NCBI GenBank assembly: GCA_032718475.1
Contig: JAUCBJ010007266.1
Span: forward strand, 1-59,286
From: Nemertoderma westbladi
Lineage: Eukaryota > Animalia > Xenacoelomorpha
Length of the DNA stretch: 59,286 nt
Direction: 5' to 3'
Made by a program: the position numbers and the translations under genes. This document shows, one piece after another, positions 1 to 10,900 of the stretch. Below the pieces are notes generated by a model. It saw only the letters and a list, made by a program, of their open reading frames with translations. It was not told where the DNA came from and searched no databases. Each line of letters opens with the position of its first letter. Position 1 is the first letter of the stretch.

Positions 1-47
1 TGTTCAACAGTTCTGCTGTTAGTATAGAGGTCGCGGTTGTTTATCAT

Positions 48-1296
48 AATTGGTTCGGACCACAGAATTGTGACTGCAGAGATCAGACTCAGTTTGAGAG
101 CCAGCAAACCCAGGACAAGCAAGCAAATCAACTATGACTGGTAGAAACTCAGAACTGACAATGCTGTAAAGGATGCTTATACAGTAGAAGTTCAAAACCG
201 CTTTGAAGCACTTCAGTCAATGGATGAAGACCAATCCACCGATTCAATATACCAGAATATAATAACAGCCCACAAGGAATCAGCTAAGAGGCATATCCCC
301 CATAAACCTAAACGAAAACAGTATGTGCCATGGCAAAACTCTGAGGTTACTTGTAAGAGAGAAGATCTTAAGATAGCCTACAAAGTTAAAACCGAACAAC
401 CAACAACCGAAAACATTAACAAGGTTGAGAAAGCTAAGGACGATCTTAAATTGGCCTACAACATCAGCCAGGAGAAGTACATACAGGATAAAACTGAAAC
501 AATTACAACTGCTCACATACAGCAACAATCAAGACTTACCTGGCAAACTGTAAATGAGGTATCTGGTCGGAAAAGGTGTGCAAAGGGGCGCCTCAAACCG
601 ATAGTCCTGAAGAACGTGTTGGGAAGTGGAAAAATCACTTCAGCAACTTGCTTGGGCAGCCACCAAACATCGAGGTCAGCCCTACAAGGAAAATATATGA
701 CAAGACACTACCTATAGAAACAGGGGACTTCACACCTGCCGAACTCCAAAGAAGCATTAAAAGCATGTCCAATAATAAAGCAAGTGGATTAGATGAAATC
801 CCAGCGGAGGTATGGAAAACCGGAATGCTAAATATACCATTATTGAATGTTTGCAACCGGATGTTAAAAGGGGAAAAGCCACCACCAAAATGGACTAAAG
901 GTCAACTAAAGCCTCTCCCCAAGAAAGGAGACCTCGGCATACCAACAAACTATCGTGGGATCTGTCTGCTTGTGGTAGCTGCCAAAATATACAATAAAAT
1001 GACTCTATATAGGATTAGGCCTCACATAGAGAAACTACTGCGTAAGAGCCAAAACGGATTTCGACCAAGTAGATCAACAATAGCTCAGATACTTGCACTA
1101 CGGAGACTGATTGAAGGAATTAAGTCAAAGAATCTCCCCGCAGTCATGACTTTTGTGGACTTCAAGAAGACATTCGACTCCATCCATAGAGGTAAATGCT
1201 TGAAATCTTAAGAGCTTATGGAATACCAGAAGTAATTGTTGCTGGCATTGTATTGTTATATTGTGACACAGAAGCGCAGGTACTCTCACCAGATGG
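48..1296 (+). mobile_element. RTE-clade non-LTR retrotransposon, 5' portion (5'-truncated, frameshifted)
   Basis: Starts at the endonuclease C-terminal motif IGSDHRIV (~49-72). ORF pieces 220-717, 576-1211 and 1196-1296 give KASGLDEIPAE, PLPKKGDL..NYRGICLL, QNGFRPSRST and FVDFKKTFDSIHR. The frame is cut at ..VLSPDG by the Gypsy insertion. Confidence 0.9.
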
Positions 1297-1545
1297 TGTG
1301 GGCGTATCTACTATTGCTGCGAGGCAGCAGACGAATAAAACCTTTGTCTATAGCAGATACTGTCAGATAGATATGTATAATAGGGTCCTCCGGGGACCGG
1401 TCACGGCATGTAACAAGTAGCCTAGATAAAAGAATATGTACTGCAGTGCTCTGACTAACACCGACATACTGACTGTCCAACACCGGTAGGTCTCTCCCCC
1501 CTCGTCCCAGGGTGTCCGTGGGGCGAGCCATATATTATCACCACA
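1297..1545 (-). repeat. Gypsy 3' LTR (249 bp)
   Basis: TGTGGGCG...TATCACCACA on the + strand. No difference from 6083-6331 seen by eye. Adjacent to the PPT. Confidence 0.97.
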
Positions 1546-1552
1546 CCCCCTT
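1546..1552 (-). promoter_or_regulatory. Polypurine tract
   Basis: AAGGGGG on the - strand immediately before the 3' LTR. Confidence 0.75.
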
Positions 1553-1604
1553 ACGAGCTCGGATTAGCCGTCTAAGGCTGTGCCGAGCTATCAACCGTTC
1601 TGTC

Positions 1605-4600
1605 CTACAGTCTGTCGGGTTGCTGACGCGTCCGTTTTGTATACCTCGAAACTGAAAGTTTATCGAAGGTCTGAGTTTCCACTAGGGGTTCACGCCAACG
1701 CAGTTTCTTGGTGGGTGTGGGTCCTGTTGGGGCCGCATCCGGTGGTGGAGGGCCCATTGGTGTCGCCTGGTGGGCGGTGTCCGGGATTAGTAAGCGTCGG
1801 TTCCGGACAAGGGTGCGTCCGGACGGCATCCGGACTGTATACTTCCGGTGGGAACCAGTCTCTACGACGGTTCCAGCGCGATCCCATCGCTTGGTGGTCG
1901 GGTGTTGAACCCTTACCCGGGCGCCTACCGTGAGAGGTTCCAAATCTTTGGCGCCGCGGTTGTACTGGGTGGTCCGGGCCGATTTGATGGCTGGCGCCAC
2001 CCGGTCTAGCTCCGTCCGGGTCTCTTGTATAGTCCGGGCGAAGGCGGTGTGGTGAGCTGGGACACGCGTCCGCATTGGGTGTCCGAAGACAATGTCCGCT
2101 GGGGAAGAGCCGCTCTCCCTGGGGCTGTTGCGGAGTTCCAGGAGCCCCTCCAGGAACACTTCGGACGTAGTAGAGCCCCCGGTCTTTAACAGAAGGCTCT
2201 TCAGGGCCTTTACCGCCGACTCGGCGTGCCCGTTACTCTGGGGGTATTCCGGTGACGACGTGACCGGTGTGACCCCCCATTCCTTCAGGAATTTCGTCGT
2301 CGCTGCCGCGGTGAAAGGGGTCCCGCCATCCGAGCGAAAGCGGGTCGGCACCCCGTACCGGATGAACCAGTCTCGCAGGGCGGTGATTGTCCGGTCGGCA
2401 GTAGGTGGGGCGGAAAACGAGTACACTTCCGGCCATCCGGAATATCGGTCGGCAGCGGCCAGGAAGTGCTTCGCCCCAAGGGAGAAGAAGTCCCCCGAAA
2501 CGTCCTCGAAGGGTCGAGTGGGTGGAGGTTCCGACTGGAACGACTCCTTTGTCTGGCTCGATCGGCCGGTCAGACATTCGCTGCAAGCGCCCACGGTCGT
2601 CCGGATATCGTTAGTTATGCCCGGCCAGTAGACACACTGCCGGGCACGTCGTAGCGTCTTCTCCACCCCCTGGTGCGATGCGTGGAGGCGCGTAAGGGTA
2701 GATTTCCGCGACGCTGTGGGGACCACAATGCGATGGCCCAGCAGGGCCAGGTCCCCGTCCGTGGTTAACTGGTCCCGGACAGACCAGAAGATGTTCACCG
2801 CTGGGTTCGTCCGGGTGGATTCCGGAAACCCAGCCTCGATAGCCGCGAGTAGGGCTTTGTAGTCCGGATCGTTCCGAGCCAGTCGGGCGAGTTCATTGAG
2901 GACTGGATCCGCAAGGTGGGCGGAATCGGAGCCGGTTATGTCGGCGGCGGTCTGGCGGGTGACGGCCCGGATGTACGTCGCCATTTCGCCGTCGTCCACG
3001 ATGTCGTCCGGTGTCGGGTCATTGACGGGGGCGCGGGACAACGCGTCGGCTATGGCGTGGTCCTTCCCCTTTGTCCACGTGGTGGTAAACTGGTAGGGAG
3101 CCAGTTTCGTTTTGAGCCGCTGGAGGCGCGTGTTGTCGGTCGCGTCCACCGTGTATTTGTCGATGATCGTCACCAACGGCTGGTGGTCTACGATTAGGTT
3201 GAAGTGTGGGAGGCCGAGAAGGTACATACGGCATTTTTGCACTGCCCATACGACGGCGAGCAGCTCGAGTTCTACCATGGCATACCGGGACTCGGTCTCG
3301 GTGGTGAACCTCGAGCCGCACTCGACCAGCTTCCAGTCCTCCCCGTGAAGTTGGAGGAGGGCGTAGCCGAGGCCCTTCAGCCGGGACGCGTCTGTCACTA
3401 GACGGGTTTCCCGGGTCGTGTCGAACGGGACGAGGGCCGGCGGTGACGTCAGAGCCAGCTTGGTTGTCTCGAAGGCCCGTTCGTGGTCCACCGTCCAGAT
3501 GAAGGTCGCCTTCGTGCTTAGGAGGGGACGTAGCGGGGACATCGCGGCAGCGATGTCTGCTGAGAACGGAGCGAGTTGCTCCACCAGTCCGAGGAAGCTC
3601 CGGAGATCGGTGATGTTCCCAGGGCGGGGGAAGGCGGCAATCGCCTTCAGTTTCTCGGGGTCGGCCTTTATCCCGGAGGCGCCGACGAGGTACCCAGCGA
3701 ACCGAACCTCGGTCTGGGCAAACTGAACCTTCCCCGGGTGTAACGTGATCCCGCAGGTCCGGCACCGCTCCATAAACCTCGCGATGTTCTCCATGTGTTC
3801 CTCCATTGTATCGTTGTAGAGGAGTACATCGTCTACAACCTTGATGAGGTTAGGAAGTCCCTGGATGGCGTCGTCGCCTCGACGGTTAAACTCGTCGCCG
3901 GACGAGATCAGCCCCATCACACTACGAGTGTGACAGTACCGGCCCCAGGGAGTCGCGAAGGTGGTGAGGAGTTGGGATTCCTCGTCGAGGGGAACCTGCC
4001 AGTAGCCACTGGCTGCGTCGAACACGGAGAAAATCTTTGCAGTCGTGGAGACTCCGGCGACTGCGGTCCGTGGATTCGGCGTTGGGTAATAGGGGCGTTG
4101 AACCTGCGAGTTTAGGTGGCGGAGGTCCACGCAGAGTCGCAGTCCTCCGTTGGGTTTAGGCGCCACCGTCATCGGATGGGCCCATTCCGTAGGTTCCTCG
4201 ACCCGGGTGATGACTTCCCGTCGCTCTAGCTTGTCGAGGAGTTCTTTCACCTCGTCCCGCATCGCGAACGGGACAGGTCGCGCGCCGTTGACGTGGAACG
4301 GCTTGGCCCCATCCTTCAGCTGTATACGCATGGGCGGGCCATGCATCGTTGGAAGAGGCGCGGAGTCGTTGTCGAACACGTCGCTGAACTCGCGGAGGAG
4401 ATTGTCCCGGGAGCGGATCGCCGGGGACGGAGCAACATAAGCGACGGTTCCGCGGCTGTGTAGGGGAGCCGGGAAGGTGCGCGGGAGGATATCCAGGTCC
4501 TGGATGGTCTTCTTCGAGAGGATCAGTCCGTCGGACTCGGGAGAGATGACCAGCTCGGTGGTCGCCGTCGTCCCGCAGTAGTTGATCTCCACTGGGTACC

Positions 4601-6053
4601 GCCCCACGGCCGCCATGGGGAGTCGGTTGGCCGCCTCGAATTTGTCGTCGTCTCGAAGCGGGAGGAGGTCGTCGAGTCGCCCTCCGAACCGGAGAAACAG
4701 TCCCTGGTTGAAGATATTAGCGGCCGCACCGCTATCCGGGAGGGAGTGACGAACCGTCCCCTTGAGGTTCCCGATCCCGGAGTCCGTCAGGCCCACCGCG
4801 ATATAAGAGAGTTTGCAGGCTGTTTCCTGATGGTTGGCAACGCTGCTAATACTCTGGCAGTGGTACACTGTGGACACCCTCTTCTTGGTGGCGGATCGGG
4901 ACCGGCACATCCGCTTGATATGCCCCGTCCTGCCACAGCCGTGGCACTTGACCCCCTTGGCGGGGCATTCCGAGCCCGCCTCATGGGGTTCCCGGCCGCA
5001 GTTGTCGCAACTGCGGCCGCTAGGGTTCCGCCACGCGGGGTCGGGTGATGAGTTCCGGGTGCTCATCGGGGAGCGGGAGATAGCGGGGTTGCGGGAGGCC
5101 GAGCGTTCGCGTTTGTACGCGGAGAGTTTGTTTACTGGTTTCCCGCTCGCGAGGATCGAGTCGTTCCGTTCGCTGGCTTCCACGCTCTGCGCGATCCTCA
5201 CGCAGTCCTCGAGGGTCGGTTGAGGAAGAACCTTGAGGAGTTCCGTCCGGGTCTCTGAACATCGAAGACCCACTAGGATCTGGGTAACGATCTGCCGGTC
5301 GCGGCAGTTCCCGCAGAGCTCCGCAGTGTCTGCGAGATCCTCCAGGGCCACCCGGAAGGAATCGAATCCCTCGGTCGCGCCTTGCCGGCGCTCGTGGAAC
5401 TTGATCGCGTCGATCGCGATACTCCTCTTGGCGCGGAGGTGGCCCTGGAGTGCATCGAGGACCGTCTCCGTGGTTGTATCGTCCGCGTCGATGTCCACGT
5501 GTAGGGTGACGCGGATGGTCTCCTGTAGGCCGCTACCGAGGGCAGCAACGAGAGCGTAAACCTGCTCGGCTCGCGGGAACGTAGCGACCTGTTGTCGGTG
5601 GGCGTGGACCCGCCACGCCTGTCTCCATCGGCGGAACATGGAGAACTCGACGTCCACGTCAATCTTCTCCATCGTCGAGATGTCGATTACCCGGCGTCAG
5701 GGAACCGGGTTCGTGACGGCCCCCGCGTACGTGGGTTGGGTCGTCGGTAGTTCCGGTGTGGCGGCCGCCGCCACGCCGGGTTGTAAAGCCGCAAGGAGTT
5801 TAGCGATGCGGTCGTCCGCGGCCGCCTGTTGTTGAAGTAGGCGGTCATCCGCAGCCTCCTGGTGACGGTTGGCGTCCTCCTGCTGTTGCGCCAGCAGCTG
5901 AGCCATAGCAGTCTGCTGTTGGGCGAGGATTCGCGCGAGGTCGTCCATTCGGATAGGGGCGCGACTGCCGCCTCGGGCTTCTAGAGTTTCGTCGCCGTCG
6001 CTGCTGTCCGCCGTGGGCGGGGACGTGATCTTCCCTTTGGATTTAGGCGGCAT
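1605..6053 (-). CDS. Gypsy Gag-Pol polyprotein (single frame with one internal TGA at 5697-5699)
   Basis: ORFs 5697-6053 and 1605-5672 are in the same frame. Motifs: zinc knuckles CDNCGREPH..C and CHGCGRTGHIKRMC, protease LPDSGA, RT DAASGYWQVPL/VVDD, RNase H TDAS, integrase HASH..CSEC, RSDGG and NGHAESAVK. Confidence 0.93.
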
Positions 6054-6064
6054 GGGCCCAAGTT

Positions 6065-6082
6065 ATCCTACACACTGCGCCA
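6065..6082 (-). promoter_or_regulatory. Primer-binding site (tRNA-Ser-like)
   Basis: TGGCGCAGTGTGTAGGAT lies directly after the 5' LTR and resembles known tRNA-Ser PBSs (TGGCG(C/T)AGTCGG(C/T)AGGAT). The tRNA identity is inferred. Confidence 0.75.
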
Positions 6083-6331
6083 TGTGGGCGTATCTACTAT
6101 TGCTGCGAGGCAGCAGACGAATAAAACCTTTGTCTATAGCAGATACTGTCAGATAGATATGTATAATAGGGTCCTCCGGGGACCGGTCACGGCATGTAAC
6201 AAGTAGCCTAGATAAAAGAATATGTACTGCAGTGCTCTGACTAACACCGACATACTGACTGTCCAACACCGGTAGGTCTCTCCCCCCTCGTCCCAGGGTG
6301 TCCGTGGGGCGAGCCATATATTATCACCACA
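6083..6331 (-). repeat. Gypsy 5' LTR (249 bp)
   Basis: Direct repeat of 1297-1545, followed on the - strand by the PBS. Confidence 0.97.
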
Positions 6332-7275
6332 GATGGTGAAACTGAGTTTTTCTCAATCCTGGCTGGCGTACTGCAAGGTGACACATTAGCACCATTACTA
6401 TTTGTAATTGTGCTGGATTACGCAATGAGGACGGCCACAAAGGGTGAACATCTGGGATTCACACTTCAAGAACGCAGAAGTAGTAGATATCCGGCAACTA
6501 CAGTCACAGACACCGACTTTGCGGATGACATCGCCCTGCTCTCTAATACGCTAGCAGATGCACATCTTCTACTATATAAAGTGGAGAGGGCTGCTAAGGA
6601 GGTTGGATTGCATATATATGCTACCAAGACCGAATTCATGACCTTTAATGTTGATGGAAACTTGACAACCATTGATAATAATCAACTAAGGAAGGTCGAT
6701 GACTTCCAGTACCTTGGATCATGGATAGAGTGTAGCAAAAAGGACATAGAAGTTAGGAAAGCAACGGCTTGGGTAGCTCTATCAAAAATGGATACCATCT
6801 GGAAATCAGATCTCTCCAGGCACCTGAAGACTCGAAGTTCTTTCGAGCCACAGTGGAAAGTGCATTTTTATACGGGGGTGAGACCTGGACACTGACTAAA
6901 TCACTTGAACAACGAATTGATGGTTGCTACACAAGACTACTAAGGGCAGCCCTAAACATCAGCTGGAAACACATGACAAACGCCGAGCTTTATGGTACAA
7001 TACCACCTGTATCAACCACCCTCCGTGAACGCAGATTAAGATTCAGTGGGCACTGCTGGCGAAGTAAAGACGAGGTCATACCAGATCTACTTCTCTGGCA
7101 ACCAACTCATGGAAAGCGTAGTCGTGGACGACCTGCCATAACATATATAGATCAACTTGAAAGGGATACTGAACTTGGGAGAAACGAAATTTCGACAACT
7201 ATGGAGAATCGGGAAGCCTGGAAGGATCTCATTTCCACTGTCCGAGTTCGCTCGACCTAGTAGTAGTAGTAGTAG
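6332..7275 (+). mobile_element. RTE-clade LINE, 3' portion with (TAG)6 tail
   Basis: The frame resumes exactly after the TSD: DGETEFFSILAGVLQGDTLAPLLF, DFADDIALL, FQYLGS, LYGGETW, RRLRFSGHCWR, ending RVRST*. (TAG)6 at 7258-7275 is a microsatellite tail typical of RTE elements. Confidence 0.92.
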
Positions 7276-7920
7276 GATGGGCACCGATTTATTCCAGAAC
7301 ATGTCTGGGGACGTTAACCACTGATTCTAGAATTTTGTCTTTCAAGTATATCGGTGGGTGCCACGATATCTTAATCGACTAGAATTTCAGATGGTCAAAG
7401 GGTTTAACAGATTTATTTTGCGCTTCAACGCTACTGTTAAATGGACATCTTTCTACTATATGTATTATTTAAGCAAGAAGCAATGTCAGTGAGAAGAGGC
7501 AAGTCGTTTAAAAGGTCTACCCAGAGTTTGGTTTAGCCGAGACACGAGGATCTGAACTTTGCATTCCTAATACTCTACTTTACCAATAATACTTAAGTAT
7601 AGTTGGAGCGGTATATTGTACTTTAATAAGTACTGACATTTCATCTTACTGTAGTCACGTATTTATAGTATGATACGGACAGTAAGGAAAGAGAAAATGA
7701 ATTTATTTCTCGCCGTTAAACGAAATATATTATACTAAGTAATTAAGTAATAAAACACGAAATATATTGCACTAATCTACTGAATAATCATTAAAATATT
7801 ATTCTACTAAATAAAATTAAAGAAAACGATTATAATAATAGAAATTACATAATAATACATACATAAATATAAAAACAAAAAAAATAAAATAATGTGGTCA
7901 CACACCCACTCCAGACGCTG

Positions 7921-10900
7921 TTACATTGGAGAGTCCCTAGATGTTTGTTGGATTAGGGAGGTGGTCGTGGGAAGAGTCTCTTGCCTTCCATAGTTACCGG
8001 ACAGTCTCTTTCCAGAAACATAAACGACCAACCGGGCGATTAAGTTGTTGCATTTCGAACACAATTCCAGGTTTCTTAAAGTTACGTCGCATGACGACGC
8101 GTTCTACCGATCGCACTAAACCATCATCGGATATATGAGTCTCGATGATACGACCTGTCTGCCACCTCTTACGGGAAAGATCTGATTCCACGATAAGGAC
8201 CATGTCTCCGGCGCTGACGTTTTCTTGCTGCGCAAACCACTTTGTTCGAAGTTGTAGCGTAGGAAGATAATGTTTTTCGAACTGGTCAGCGAAACGATGG
8301 GATAATAACTGCATAAGTTGCCAAGTTTGTCGGCAGTATTCGTCTCCATCTGTTATTTCCGATTGCGGGAGCATGGCTACAGGTTTCTTTAGTAGGAAAT
8401 GCGCGGGTGTTAGCGCTTCTAGGGAGTCGGGACTCGATGAGACTGGCATAAGCGGTCTCTCGTTGAGATAGGCGGCCATTTCTTCCAAGACCGTCCGCAA
8501 AAGTTCGTCGGCGAGATACGCACGGCACGGCACGGCACTATAAAGTGAAATGCGGTCTTTATGCTACGTATGAGTCTCTCCCAACTTCCTCCCCACCAAG
8601 GGGCGTCGGCGGCGTTGAAGGTCCAGCTAGATGCTGTTACTCTTAGCTGATCGTCCACCTGTCTTTGGTTCCAATCCTTTACGTAAGTTTTAATCTCGTT
8701 ATTGGCGCCAATGAAATTAGTTCCTTTGTCAGATCTCATAGTGTTGCTAGTCCCAAAACGAGCGATTTGTCGGCGCAAACTCAGTATGAAGCTGTTGGTA
8801 GATAGATCGTTCACCATATCTAGATGGATCGCTCTACAAGTCATACAGACAAAGATGACGCACCATCGCTTGACTATAGTCCTAGCACGATATACTTCAA
8901 TAGGGCCAAATAAATCCACACCAGTATTAGTAAAGGGTGGTTCATAACAGCTTACTCGTTCCCTAGGTAATTCTGCCTCTCGCTGTGTTAAAGGCCTACT
9001 AAATGCTTTCCTACAGGGTATACAGTTCCTAAGAACTTGGTTTAGCGCTCTACGGGGCTTATGGAAATAATAGCGAGTTCGAATTTCGCTAAGAACTCGT
9101 TCTCTACCAGCATGGTAAAGCTTACTGTGAACATCTACAATCATCTTGATTTGTATTTCAAGATTTCTAATGAGTATGGGAAACTTAGTGTCAAAGGACA
9201 ATGGAGCATTGGTTAATCACCCTCCGACACGTATTAACCCATCTATCATTGTGCTAGAGAAACGATCCCTTAAGCGCATCTGTGGATTTCTCAACAACAG
9301 GAAATACTTATCGGAATCCTCGTAACATTGCAGGAGTCTCAGTATCTGCTTGTTGGTAACATCATGTTCTTGGTAACTGATCTTCTCAGTTAGAAACCTA
9401 TCAGACAGCCGATAAATGGGAAGGTCTTTAGTAGCATGGACCTTTTCAGCTACTATTGGAGCGGTATCATTAGCGATCTTCGTCCTGGAATAGTGATGAT
9501 GGAAACATCTTTTCAGATACACAATGGCCTTGCAAAGCCGATTCCAGGAGCTGTAATGATCTATCACCCTTTGTAGGAGAGGAGAGAGTCCTTGGGAGAC
9601 GTCTGATGTTCCAGATTTCCAGTCTCTTTCCCTTATTTCTATAACGGATTTATTTATAGTTCGAGTAACATCCATAGATGAATTTAGATCCACAGTGGCA
9701 TCACCGGCGGTGTGTAGCACAGACAGATCTATCGCTGGCTTAAACAGCTTTGATTTACTCGTCCGGGTTTTCGGTTTGACTTTCTCCGCTCCCTTGGCTT
9801 GTCTGATCTCCACCGTAGTGAGATGAGGGGGCCATTCCTTCTCTTCTTTACCTATGAAGTCAGGTCCACCCAACCAGTCTGGAGTGTCTATCAATTCTTG
9901 AGGAGTTGCTCCTCTGGAAGCGATGTCAGCTGGATTAATCGTCCCAGGGCAATGTCTCCATTGATCTATATTAGAGTGACTGAGTATAATGGCTAATCTG
10001 TTGGTAACAAAGATGCTGAACTGACAGACTTCATTAGTTATATACTCCAGAACGAGTAAAGCATCAGTCCAATAGACAGTTTTCTCTAGTGGTTAGTTGA
10101 TCTGTTCCGTTACATTCTGGCCGATGGCTGTAGTGTATAGAGCCGCCTTTAACTCCGCTCTGGGAACCCGCAGTTTCTTGTTTATTAGGGCCTTGGAGGC
10201 GGCTAATGAAACTTTAATTCCATCAGGAGTTTCAACCCTCAGGTAGACTACTATACCTATTCCAATATTGCTGGCATCTCCAAAAACATGGAGTTGATAG
10301 GAATACGTGGGGAGAAAGTGACCGAAATACGAGCGGGAAATCTTAAAGTTCTCGATAGATGGTAAAGAATCTTCCCATTTCATCCACTTCTTTAGCAGTT
10401 CTCCCTTGAGTGGATCATCCCACGAGTGGTTTTCGAGCCACATTTGTTGTACTAAGCTCCGAGCGACTAGTATGACTGGGCTAATGAATCCCAATGGATC
10501 GAAATAAGTGCTCAGAATACTCAGACAAATCCGTTTAGTTCTAACTGGATTATCCCGTTGCTTCAGTTGAAAGAATAAAATATCTCTCTCCGTGTCCCAT
10601 TTCAGTCCAAGAGTCTTGGTTTCTGGAAGATCGTCCTTAATGAGGTCAAGGTCTTTAACACCTCAGTCTTCTACTGGGATCGATTTCAGGAACTCACGGG
10701 AGTTACTAGTGAATTTGGTTAGGCGAAATCCACCTCGTTGTAAGCACTCTACCGTTCCATTGGCAACATCGATTGCTTCTTCTACCGATGGGAGGGACTT
10801 TAAATTGTCATCCATGTAAATATCCCGTTTGATGTTGTTGATAACCTCTTTAGAGAAGGCGTCTCTATTATCATCGGCAGTGGTGCGAACTACCAAACAA

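Larger units (their letters stand above)
1297..6331 (-). mobile_element. Full-length Ty3/Gypsy LTR retrotransposon (Mag-like lineage)
   Basis: Two 249-bp TG..CA LTRs, 5-bp TSD GATGG (1292-1296, 6332-6336), PBS, PPT, and domain order gag-PR-RT-RH-IN. Confidence 0.97.

Noticed and set aside
1286-1531. 81-84-aa ORFs in both Gypsy LTRs
   Set aside because: They are chance ORFs duplicated with the LTR, run past its boundary and have no recognisable motif.
1580-5835. Many overlapping alternative-frame ORFs within the Gypsy element
   Set aside because: These are expected from high GC content and stop-codon scarcity opposite a long real ORF.
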